From contig MU626354.1 in assembly GCA_025603075.1 (NCBI GenBank), forward strand, positions 17,311-81,310: a stretch of 64,000 bases of DNA, written 5' to 3'. Below, piece by piece: positions 36,978 through 48,200 of the stretch. This DNA comes from Neoconidiobolus thromboides FSU 785 (lineage: Eukaryota > Fungi > Entomophthoromycota). Positions within the stretch are counted from its first letter, which is position 1, and each line of letters begins with the position of its first letter. Below the pieces are notes generated by a model. The model saw only the letters and a program-made list of their open reading frames with translations. It made no database searches and had not been told where the DNA came from. A program made the position numbers and the translations under genes.

Positions 36978-38627
36978 ATGATTGGCTGGAAATTAAATTC
37001 GAAAATTTATTTAAAGGAGAACTGGGGAGAAAAAAATCAAAGATTTAGAATGATTGGAATTGGGGATATCAAAGAGATAAGACGATATGAGGATGAAGAA
37101 ATAGAAGAGATGGTACAGTTAGTTGAGAAATATATTCCAAAGATGATTGATTTTATGCGTGAGGGGAAAGAAGGAGGTGGTAAAGTAGTAATTAATGAAA
37201 GCAAAAAAGAGTTATATGAGATCTTAGATTTGAAGTTTGAAAATAGAAGAATAGGATCCAAAGAGTTAGAAACGGTTATAGAGAAATTATTCAAGTATTC
37301 TATCAACCCATACAATGCCAAGTTTTGTGACAAATTATATTCCGGAAGTAACCCAATTGGCGTATTATCTGAATGGCTATTGACTTTTTTAAACGCTAAT
37401 AGTCATGTGTACCATGTATCCCCAGTATTAACTCAAATAGAATTATTCACTTCAAGGGAGCTGGCTAAGTTGTATGGATTTAATGATAAGTTTTCGGGTG
37501 GCTTAACATTCCCTGGAGGTTCTACTTCTAATTTGATGGCTTTAGTAACCTGTCGTAACTTATGGTATCCTCATATTAAGTTTAATGGATATACAGAGAA
37601 AGATAAATTGTCTATTTTTACATCGGATAAATCTCATTACTCTATACAAAAATCAGCAATGAGTATAGGAATAGGATTAAATAGAGTATATAAAGTGAAG
37701 ACTAAAATAGAAGGCACTATGGATATTGAAGACTTGATAAATAAGATCGAATATTCTATTAGTTTAGGGGAAACACCTTTATTTTTAAATATTACTGCAG
37801 GTACTACAGTACAGGGATTTTTTGAAGACATAATAGAGTTGTGTAAAGTAGCAAAAAAATATCAATTATGGGCTCATTTAGACGCTAGCTGGGGAGGACC
37901 AGTTATATTTTCTGAGAAATATAAACACTTATTAAATGGTAGTGAAATGGTTGATTCTATTACTATGAATCCCCATAAATTATTGGGGGTCCCTTTGCAA
38001 TGTTCCTTTTTATTACTTAAGGATAGAACTCAGTTTGTAAAGGCAAACTCTTTAGATGCGGATTATTTATTCCATAATTCGAGCCTTAAAGAAAATGATG
38101 ATAATTTGGATTGGTTAGAACATCAATCAGATTTAGGACAGGGTACTATTGCTTGTGGGCGTAAACCAGATGCTTTTAAGATGTATTTAGCTTGGAAATA
38201 CTACGGAAAGATCGAATTTGAAAATAGAGTTAATGTTGCGTTTGATAATATCTGTTATTTAAAACAAAAGATTTTAAACCATCCCAGGTTTCAATTAGCG
38301 TTTAATCCAAATTCTGTCAATTGCTGCTTTTGGTACATTCCATTATCTTATACCAAACAATTTGCTTATTTGAGTGAGGATAACCTAATCTCGAATGAAG
38401 TGGTCCCTAAAGCATACGGCATTGCTACCATTGATATTCATAAAAAATTGAGAGAAAATGGAGAGTTTATGATAGATTATAGTCCTTTAGATATTAATAC
38501 TGACAATGGCTTGATAACTTTACCTCCTTTCTTTAGAATGGTAAGCCATAATCCTAATCTTAACCCCAATCATATGGATCAACTAATTGAACTAATATTA
38601 TATTATGCAAGTGATTTAAAGTTATAA
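36978..38627 (+). CDS. Group II PLP-dependent decarboxylase (GAD/CSAD/GADL1-like); likely start is ATG 37050
   Basis: DKLYSGSNPIG, NSHVYHVSP, FPGGSTSN, SHYSIQK, TAGTTV, HLDASWGG, NPHK PLP-lysine motif, CGRKPDAFK. Confidence 0.92.
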   Translation: MIGWKLNSKIYLKENWGEKNQRFRMIGIGDIKEIRRYEDEEIEEMVQLVEKYIPKMIDFMREGKEGGGKVVINESKKELYEILDLKFENRRIGSKELETVIEKLFKYSINPYNAKFCDKLYSGSNPIGVLSEWLLTFLNANSHVYHVSPVLTQIELFTSRELAKLYGFNDKFSGGLTFPGGSTSNLMALVTCRNLWYPHIKFNGYTEKDKLSIFTSDKSHYSIQKSAMSIGIGLNRVYKVKTKIEGTMDIEDLINKIEYSISLGETPLFLNITAGTTVQGFFEDIIELCKVAKKYQLWAHLDASWGGPVIFSEKYKHLLNGSEMVDSITMNPHKLLGVPLQCSFLLLKDRTQFVKANSLDADYLFHNSSLKENDDNLDWLEHQSDLGQGTIACGRKPDAFKMYLAWKYYGKIEFENRVNVAFDNICYLKQKILNHPRFQLAFNPNSVNCCFWYIPLSYTKQFAYLSEDNLISNEVVPKAYGIATIDIHKKLRENGEFMIDYSPLDINTDNGLITLPPFFRMVSHNPNLNPNHMDQLIELILYYASDLKL

Positions 38628-39527
38628 AATAAAATAGTATATAAAGTTTAAATGTTATTTATTCAATTTTAATGAGATTCAAATTACACACGGCATAGAA
38701 ACCTAGAAATATATATTAATATCTTGTTTAGATGTGCTTTTTTAACAATTAATTGTAAAACTTCAGAATAAAATTAGCATCAATAAATCAAACTATTATG
38801 TTTTAGAAGAAGAATAGGATGACCTGCCCAAAAAGGACTTCAGTGCTTGACTCTATTAAATATCTCATCATATTCTGTTTAAACTTGAAATTTATGGATT
38901 TACTTACATTACAAAATTAACAATATTGTGCATTGGTTATTGACGATTTGCTTTTATACTGTTATTTGGTCGAAAATTTCGAGTTGTAGGGTGCAAATTT
39001 TTTTAATTGGTTAATTTTGAAATTTTTCTTATTAATGGATTGGAAGTTATGGGAAGTTTAATTTATTAGTAGAGTATAATAATTTGATGTCTATTATGTG
39101 AATAATAAATAACACAAAATGAAAAATATATTGATTTTCAATACCAATTGGCTATTTTATTACTATATTGACTTAAGGTCTACTAGTTTATAGGACCTTA
39201 GTTGTTCACCTATATGAAGTCTAGTTTATTAATAAAAGTAGTCAAAATGATTTTCATACTAATGTTTTAAAATAGTTTGCTAAAGCTATAAGTTTTAAAG
39301 AAAATTACTGAATAAAGATATTCAAAGTAGTATTTAAATAACTTATTATAACAGTTTGCTATATTTTTAAAGTAATATTCTTTATAAAATATTTTTTAAG
39401 CAATACTATAATAAATGATTTCAAAGGTTATTTTTTAGCTATTTGCTATTTGTGGCCATTTTAATAATGCAAAAAAATGAAATAATAAAGTTCTAAACCT
39501 AAAATCAAAGTTTTAAGATTTAACTTA

Positions 39528-40708
39528 ATGAATTATAAAGAATTAATATTAAAGCAGTATACGTATTTAGAAACAAAAAAAGATATTCAAATAGAATATA
39601 AAAAAATCAATGAAGTAGCAGATATCAGTAGCCTTGGAGCGAATTTAACCTTTGATTATGGTATTGAAACAAAAGCAAGGGGTAACTTTTTTAACATGCT
39701 TTTTATATAAAATTAAATTCTTATTAAAAGAATAGTGTATTTAAAATGGACATTTATAAAACAGTTACAGGATTACACTTTAATCCCAGAGCTAATAATT
39801 GAACCAAGCTATGCACCATATAATATAACAAAAGACGAAAAGTTCTTAAATGAATTTCAATTAGGCAAACTATGGCTGCAAGAAGGTAACAATTTAAGGA
39901 TAGAAGGGCTATATAAAGTGATAAAAACGTTAAAGGAGTATTTTAAGCTCCATTTGCAAAAAAACGTTTTATCCAAGGGCTATGAAAGAGTTCAGTATGA
40001 GCTTGAAAACTGGAAACATGAAGAAATATTAGAGTTTCAATATATGGACTTAAAGGATAAACAGCGTTTAAGTTTATGCACGTTTTTGAAATTTAAGCTG
40101 GAAGAAAACTTAAGTAATGATATCCTAGACCAAGTTGATGTACAGGCAAAAGTTACTTTTATATATAAAGACTTAAATTTAGTTGACATTCAATCACACC
40201 TATTATTGTCACCAGAAGCTATGGTTTTAAACGACCATATTATACTTCATAATATGTTGCCAAATCAAACATTCTCAAAATATGTTACTCAGTTTCAACA
40301 GTATTTAAAAGGCAAGATTGAAAAAAGTTTCCTACCTAGCTTGGAAATCAAACGTCAGCTTATAGCCATGCTAAAAAATAAATATGAAAGGTAAGCTTAT
40401 TAACATTTTTAGTTGTTTAGTTTTTATTAACTAATTTAAATAGCCAAGTTGATGTGTACGATTATCAAAGCATTTGTTTTAATGTTAAGATTGAAAATAA
40501 AACTGAAATAGAAAGTTTTAAAGTAAATATAAATTTAAATCAAAATTACCCAAAGCAAGGATTAACATTAAGTATTGAATCAGAACCCAATGTTTTACTT
40601 CAACCTCAACCTAAGTCTGAAGATACTATTGATTCTTTTCTATTAAGAGTCTTAGATTTAATCGAACAATACATTCTAGCAAAAATGTCTCAACATTTAT
40701 ACAAATAA
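39528..40708 (+). CDS. Probable BRE/BRCC45/BABAM2 homolog (2 introns)
   Basis: Collinear motif matches to remembered BABAM2 sequence: LKWTFI, LYKVIKTL, HLLLSP, YVTQF, KRQLI, VNINLNQNYPKQGLTLSIES. Confidence 0.6.
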
Positions 40709-40816
40709 ATAAAATAATTTCAAAAACAATATGCTTTATTTTATTTTATTTTTAACTGTTAACAATTTAAGCACTAATTTCAAATTTTAATAAAGTTAAT
40801 ATTCTTAAAATTAAAT

Positions 40817-42140
40817 TTACCTTTCTCTTTCTAAAAATCCAACTTGAGTTTTAGAATTGATAGCTTCTTCAGCTCTAGTTTTAAGTTGATTTAAAGCTTC
40901 AAGGTTAGGACCAACCTTCTCGAATACAAGCTCTAACTTAGCTAGTTGTTCTTCAGCTTGAGCAGGGGTTGGAGTTTCAGGTAAGAAATGATTAGCTTTC
41001 TAAAAAACAAATCAGTTATTAATCAAACCATCTTAAGATAAAACTTACTTCTGAAAGCTCTCTAATAGCCTTCTTAACCTTACGGATAGCTTTCTTTAAA
41101 GCTTCTTTATCTTTCTTTTCTTTAGCTGCTTTTTCTTTGGATTCGGCAATCACTTTTTCTTTAGCTTTTCTTTCTTCTTCTTCTTGTTTAGCCTTAGCTT
41201 CTAAAGCTGCCTTTTCAGCTTGGGCTTTAGTTGGTTTCTTTTTAGCAGCACGTTTATCCTTATCTTCTTGTTTAAACTTGATAATACGAGGATCAAGGGA
41301 GATAGCGGTATCAATTAATTTAAGGAACCTTTGACCATCTTCTTTCTTACGTTGAGCTCTTTCTTTTTTATTCTTTTGTTCAATGTATCTCTTATTATCA
41401 CGGTTATCACCATCAGCATCCTCTTTATCAAGGTATTCAAATGAACGCCATGATTCCATGTTATAAAAGAAGTCATAGAAGGCTTCTACTTGATCACGGG
41501 GGCTATCGATATCACCTAATTCGGGCACTGGTTGTTTCTTACTGAAACGTCCTTCTCTTTCGAAAACTGGGGTCCAAAGCTCAAAGAAATCACCCTTAGT
41601 TTTAGAAGTTGGGAAGGTATCTGGGTAAAACTCATCTACAGAGTCATATTGACGTCTCTTTTCTTTATTCGTGAGGATCTCATAAGCCTTTTGAATACAT
41701 TTGAAAACACGATCATCGTTAGTATTACCAGAAGCAGCTTTCTTATCTGGATGATGACGAAGAACTTTCTTATGGAAAGCTCTCTTAATTTGGTCGTCAG
41801 TGGCTTTATAGCGGTATTTAGAAAGACCTAGTAATTGGTAATGATCTTGAGACTTCCAGTCTCTTGGGTCTAAGTTTTTCATATCAGCTGGCTCTTCTTC
41901 ATCTTCAGAAAGATCTTCATCATCACCTTGATCATTTCCATAGATTTCTTGTTGGATCTTTTCATCTTCAGAGAAGGTACGTTTGTGGAAACGACGACGG
42001 ACAAAAGCTTGGAATTTAGGGCCAATTAATTCTAAGTTACGTTGTTCAGTTTTGGTTAATCCATCTTTGATGCTACCTGGTGTGGCGGCATTGAATGAAG
42101 TTGGTACTTTTGCTAATTTTAATGATAAGACAGTTGCCAT
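40817..42140 (-). CDS. ZUO1: Zuotin, ribosome-associated J protein
   Basis: QDHYQLLGL..HHPDKK J-domain, FYDFFYNMESWRSFEYLD, DNKRYIEQKN, DPRI; intron near 41000-41050; exact 3' end uncertain (40817 or ~40767). Confidence 0.93.
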
Positions 42141-42609
42141 TTTTTGATTAAAATCTCAAAGAAATGAAAATAACTTAGATTGCAAATAAATCGATAAAAA
42201 TTATGGGACCTAAAATATTAGCTTGCTTTGGATTGACTGATGTTAACCTTCTGAGTATTAAGTTTCTTGAAAAAGTCTGTTTGGTTGGATCAAAATTTTC
42301 GATCAATTTATTGATTTGGTCCTGGATAAGTAAAAATTTATTCCAAGTTATGCGAGCTGAGCTCGTCAATAGTATCAAAATGGTTAACCCTTATTGTAGG
42401 AAGTTGCTACTTTTGAATGTGATTATAATTTGCTAAAAAATTCAAAGAAATTCACATATATATTTTAATTTATTCTATTTATTAATTTAAGGCATCTTCT
42501 ATTTAGAGTTAATATTAAGTATGAGTTAATTCATAACTGAGGGTCAATTTTTTCATATTTCATTTATTGCAAGAGATGTTAGCCATAAGACCAAGAAAAT
42601 AAAGGATAC

Positions 42610-42707
42610 GGGGATGTATTTTTTTGTTTAAGGATCTTACTAATAATTTTTCTGCTCAAATAGCGCTTAAAAATAGAGAAAGTAATGAAATCAAAAAAAA
42701 CATCCTC
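42610..42707 (-). mobile_element. MITE copy
   Basis: Non-palindromic TSD ATAC/ATAC. Confidence 0.92.
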
Positions 42708-43638
42708 ATACGTCTTTTTTTGTTGGAGAACGATAATTTTTATATATTTTAAATACTTAGAAAATAGGGGAATAATAAAAATATATATTCTTTAATAGCC
42801 TTTTTTTAATTTTTAGCCTTTACTGATTTCAAAAGTTTAAACCTAAGCCAGTTGGGAATTTTTTTTAAATTTAATCTGGTTTTCAAAACTCAGCTAAATT
42901 TATACTTCAAAGTTTCCATACTCAGACTGTTTAAATAAAAAAACTTAATAGCAAAGATATTAGCTTTTAAATAATGATAAACGTCTTTTAGCCATTTATA
43001 ATGCCAATCAATACTATACCATTAGTGTTTTTCAACATGTTTTTGAATTCAAAAAAACTCTAAGTCAGCTAAAACCTAGTCAATTTGAAAATTAATTTTA
43101 CTTGAAAATTTTATGTCAATGTCAATAATGTTATGATCTTATTTTAATGAAAAGGAAGTGGGGTTAATCTGAGGAGAAATTGTAAAGTGGAAGATCTCCA
43201 AGTGTTAAGTTAATTGTCATTGCGAAAGGTAAAGACGGGGATTCTGAGATAGAGTCTAATATAATAGTAGCTTCGATCGAATCCCTAGACTTAAGTTCCT
43301 AGATAATCAAAATCAGCTCATTAGTAAAAGAATTGTACAAGGAAAGGGATGAGAGTTGGAAGAAAGACTCGATTCAGTAAACATCCGTTCAGTGTGAGTA
43401 GCCGTCAGAGCTAAGAGAACCGTATCATCCAAGCAAGTACAGGTGGTAAAAGAAAACCATCAGGGAACTGACTTAGTTGGCTCAAAATTAATCGGACATT
43501 TTTATCAGAGACAGAGGGGATATTAGTTAAGTATCAAAATAAAAAAGTATCTGCTTTATGAAATTTGCTTAAATGATATGAATTTGGCTGAAAATTTTTT
43601 TTATTTTTATTTCATTAAAATCTTCACATTTAATATAT

Positions 43639-43726
43639 GTAGCTGTTTTTTGTCTTAACACTTTATAATTCTTCTCAATTCAAACAATACTTAAAATGGA
43701 AAAAATAATGAAGCGAAGACGTTCCT
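43639..43726 (-). mobile_element. Highly degenerate MITE copy
   Basis: Retains CTTAAAATGGAAAAAATAATGAAG; flanks ATAT/GTAT. Confidence 0.5.
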
Positions 43727-44506
43727 GTATATTATATGTTATTATTTTGACTTAAACTTGACGCTCAAAACGTTCACATAATAAACCGCTTAATGGTCTA
43801 GAGCCTCAAGAGTCTTTTAAAAAAAATCAATGTTCAAAGCTACCTAGCATCGATAAATATTACACCTTTAATTAATATATGGATAGTCACTATAAATAGT
43901 AAATTGTATTACAAAAATTTGAAATAAGCGAGAAAGATAGAATGAAGAAGAAAAATAAGATATTATTAAATAAATTTAAAAAATAAATATAGATAATACC
44001 ACTACTTTTAATAAAAAATATGGTAATAATTGAATTCCATATCACTAATTTAAATTAAAGTATAAAATAAGATATTGCCAAGTTTTTCAATAAAAATAGA
44101 GAATTTCGTTTTTTTCCCATGACAAAGATATTCTATTCTGTTTATAAATTAGTGTAGTTGTTTAATTAATTTCATTAAGTAATAGCATTTAAATATAACA
44201 AGGAAGTAGAATACATTATAATAGAAACGAAGCTATAGAAGATAATTTAATTAAAATAAGGAATTTTTAATAAAATTATGTTGGGGAATACATTTTTATT
44301 GGATATATCTATAATAAACAATCTGAACTATTCTTTAGACTTATTTTTATCAAGTAATCAGATCATGTAAGTATAAGATTACAACATAGATATAACAAAT
44401 ACATGCTCACTAAAAAAGTATAAAAGGCCTCTAAAATATAGCAATATATCTAAAAAAACCTCAGTAACAAACTTATCTATATAATAAACTATAACTCATA
44501 TCAAGC

Positions 44507-45575
44507 ATGCTCTTAAGTTATAATAGTCCAGTCTTTATTGCCTTATTCTGTGGGATATCATTAATCCACCAATGTCAAGCTTCCGTAAGCAATTATAGCA
44601 GCGCTAATGCCATTGATAAAGGCAGCGCATCATCATCAGGTAATACAAAACCCAGATTAAATAACAGTATTGATGGAAATACAGTTGAAGAAGATTACTT
44701 TAAGGATTTGATGGAAAACTTGAACTATTTAAAAGAAAATGTGAAATTGGAACCACAGGAAGGCCCCACTTCACGTACTTTTGAACCACCAACTCAACTA
44801 AAAGTGAGTGATGTTCAAACTAGTAAATATTATGCTAGATTGGCTGGAGCTGCTTATTGTAATGATGCAAGTTTAAAGAGCTGGTCATGCTCACATTGTA
44901 AAGAAGCCCCAGTTCAGCATGTAGCCACTTATTTCGACAAGTCAACGGAAACTAAGGCTTATTTAGCTGTTGATAAAATCAAAAAAGCAATCACTTTGGG
45001 CTTTCGTGGAAGTTCAACATTAAAGAATTTTGTCCAAGACGCCAAATATTTTAAGGATCCAATTGTATTCGATAAAAAACAATACAAAGTGCATCGCGGA
45101 TTTAAACAATGTAGCGATCGATTATTACCAATGTATATTGACAAGTTAAAAGGTTTATTGAATGAACACAAAGATTATAAATTAGTTATTGTTGGTCATA
45201 GTCTAGGTGGTGCAATAGCTACATTAAGTACTTTAATCTTAAGACAAAATCTAAACTTGAAAGACGATAGGCTTGCAGTTTTTACTTTTGGTGAACCAAG
45301 AGTGGGTGATAAGGAATTTGCACGTTATTTGAATCAACAAACTTTTACTTTAACTCGAGTTGTTAATGGTAATGACATGGTTCCTCATTTATCTCCACAG
45401 ATTAAATTGTTATGCAATTGTTATAATTAAAGTGGGGATATATAGGTAAATGACAAGAAGGATGTATATTTTAGAAATAGCAATTTAGAAGACACTGATC
45501 GCTCTGTATCAAAATCGTATATTCCTTTGTTGAATGATCATTTATGTATTTAAGATATTAGATTGGGTAGTATAT
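44507..45575 (+). pseudogene. Class-3 lipase L2: 307-aa ORF intact to just past the catalytic Asp, 3' ~150 bp decayed
   Basis: Signal peptide, propeptide, FRGS, GHSLGG and NDMVPHL present; TAA at 45428-45430; downstream remnant has stops and lost Cys/Trp. Confidence 0.8.
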
Positions 45576-45576
45576 A

Positions 45577-45660
45577 AGGGATGCTTTTTTGATTTCGTTA
45601 CTTTCTCCATTTTTTAAGCGCTATTTGAGTAGAAAAATTGTTAGTGAAATTCTTAAAAAA
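45577..45660 (+). mobile_element. Truncated MITE at the last codons of lipase L2
   Basis: AGGGATGCTTTTTTG...AAGCGCTATTTGAGT core; right TIR missing. Confidence 0.8.
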
Positions 45661-45866
45661 AGGTGTCAATATTTTTTATTTATAATTTTTTTACAATGCC
45701 CATAAACACTATAAAATCTATCATCTAAAAAAATAGAACATATATAATATAAGTATATTATTTGTTAGTCTTAAGCCACTATCATTTGATGCCTTAATTC
45801 TAATAGGAGCAGTTTGTAATGATAAAAAGCAAAATCTCAATACCAAACTATAATATAAATATATCT

Positions 45867-47223
45867 TTAATTTGTAAAATCCCATTTAGTACAATCGGTA
45901 CAATTAGATTTTGAGAAGCAATTAACATTTAAGGGTTTGGTATTATTCATCCACTGAACTAAAATATTATCAATAACACCAGCAATAGTATGATGAAGTA
46001 ACGTTTCAGACCATCCCAAATCCTTTTTGGTATCAAATACACATTTAGTAGCTGTGTGACATTTGCTATCCATCCCATAACCAGCAATATAGCAAAGAGA
46101 TAATGCACCATTGCTAAAATAGTAAGTAAAAATCACGTTTTATGTTAAAACTCAAACATTGACTTACCAAGTACCCAAAAATAGAGGATCTGCATTATTA
46201 CCAAAATGAAAGATAGCTGGTTTTTGAGTTTTGTTCAACTCTAGACCAAGTCTTCTAGCATAAAGACGATCTGGTGGTGCCTCAAAAGTAACTGCAATCT
46301 GGTCATATTTTAATGCTACTAATGAAGCCAATGCTCCACCCAAAGAATGACCCACCAAAATAAATTGGGCATTGGGGTATTTTTCTCTGGCTTCTTTATA
46401 AATTAACTATTGTAAAGATAACTGTTAACATTAACCCTCTTTAAGAAACTTGAAACAACATTACCTCTGCACCATGGAAATATGTAGTATTTCTCTGAGC
46501 ACTTTTATTTACACATTCGGTATTACACGTTTTATTATCTTTTGCACAAGAGCAAACTTTAGAAAAATCAAAATTAGTGACTCCACAACAACAAGAAAAC
46601 ATTAGGTTATCTGAGTCTCTATCTGATGGACTAGTAGAACTATCACCACCTGGTAGATAAGGTGGTGAAGTACCTTTAAATGATATAACCATGTTTTTTT
46701 CTTCTCTGTCTGAAAATATATATCCTCTTATCTTCTTCTTTTTCCACCCGAATGGTTGTTTCTTATTCATTTAATCAAATAAAATTCACAAAAATAAAAA
46801 CAAACTTACTACATCCCACTCCTTCCCAATATCTTCCCAAGGCTTGTCAGGCAAAGTATCATAAGCATGAGCTGCCATCTTAGCTAAGGTCAAAATACCT
46901 TCTTTTGATTCTAAGGTAATTTCATCGTCGTTGTTAATAAATATCTCATCCTTATCTTTATTAGCAATAAGTACTTTACTAAGGCTCTCTAAATTAAGTT
47001 TATAAGTTGGCGTGTAATCTTTATTCTTATCAGCATCCCATTGTTGGATAGCTGAGTTCTTTTTATTGTTGACTTTAATTTGTGGCTCTGGGGACCCAAA
47101 ATGAAAGATGTGTTTTAGGTTTAATTCATCCGTTTGGCCCTTAATCTGGAATCCAGTTTGCCGCTGTTGTTGACAGTTGGTGGAGGTGAGGAATAATAAA
47201 TAGTGAAATAGTGAAAAATACAT
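45867..47223 (-). CDS. ATG15: Autophagy lipase Atg15 family (3 introns)
   Basis: LTLAKMAAHAY, VISFKGTS, DNLMFSCCC, GHSLGGALASL, VTFEAPPDRLYARRLGL, HFGNNADPLFLG, GYGMDSKCH. Confidence 0.9.
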
Positions 47224-48200
47224 TACAAGTCAAGCTTGGTTTAAAAATACAAAAAAAATCTAAAGTTAAAAAATTAATCTGACTAAAATTAAATTTAATC
47301 TCATTTTTTATCTAATCTAATAGTGACTGTTAAAAATCCTATAAATTTTGCGATTTTGTATAAATTTTGATAAAATTAGTAAAATTTTATCTCCAACAAT
47401 TTATATCTCATTATGAAATAATCTCCACTCTTATTCACCCTAAAATCGTCTTATAAAACCCCACCAATAATAGTCAATACAACTGCCAATGCTTTAGTAA
47501 AATAAAGCATTCAATTTATCCAGATCAGTTGACCGTGAGAACAAAGAAGAAATGAAACTTTAAGGGGAGTTTAAAAATATTTGAAAATATACCAATAAAA
47601 TAGCGCGGCGCTCCAATTTGGTTGGTTAAAAAGACTACTTTCTAATTATTTTCTCTAAACTTAAAGCTGAATTTGAGTTGAGTGATGTCACTGAATAAAT
47701 GCAGCTGATCAAAGCTGTCAAAGTTGATGAAGAGTAGATATAGAATATTATTAAAGATAGAAAATTAAAGCGGATATATGATGGAAAGATAATATAAGGA
47801 TTTACCTACACTAAAAAATATTTTAAGGGCTATCTTTTATTTTAAGTATTTGTTAAAATTACAGTTGCTATTAGCTAATAGAAATAAAGTTGTAAAACAT
47901 GGCTCATGTAACCCAAGTGATAATTTTTTTATTTAACAAATATTAATCATATGACTTCCATCCATTACATTTATTATGTGTTTCAGGGCTAAGTTTCGAG
48001 AAAATGATAGTCACATTGTATAAGTAACCAATAACATTTTTCATTTTAAGAAAGTTTAAGTTTTATATTAAAAAAAGGTGTAAGGGTAATTAGCAAAAGT
48101 TTATAATGTAAACGACAGAAAAAAGTATAAATAAGAAAAAAAAAGTAATGAAATTGACTTTATTTTACTTTGTTTCTTCTAAAATCATTTTTGTATGAAT

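Noticed and set aside
6618-45171. Short track ORFs antisense or out of frame to real genes (e.g. 6618, 10776, 14339, 22023, 25945, 28656, 32848, 37037, 41137, 42203, 44959)
   Set aside because: Shadow ORFs of well-supported genes with no motifs of their own
47451-47510. 19-codon hydrophobic ORF upstream of ATG15
   Set aside because: Too short to distinguish from chance
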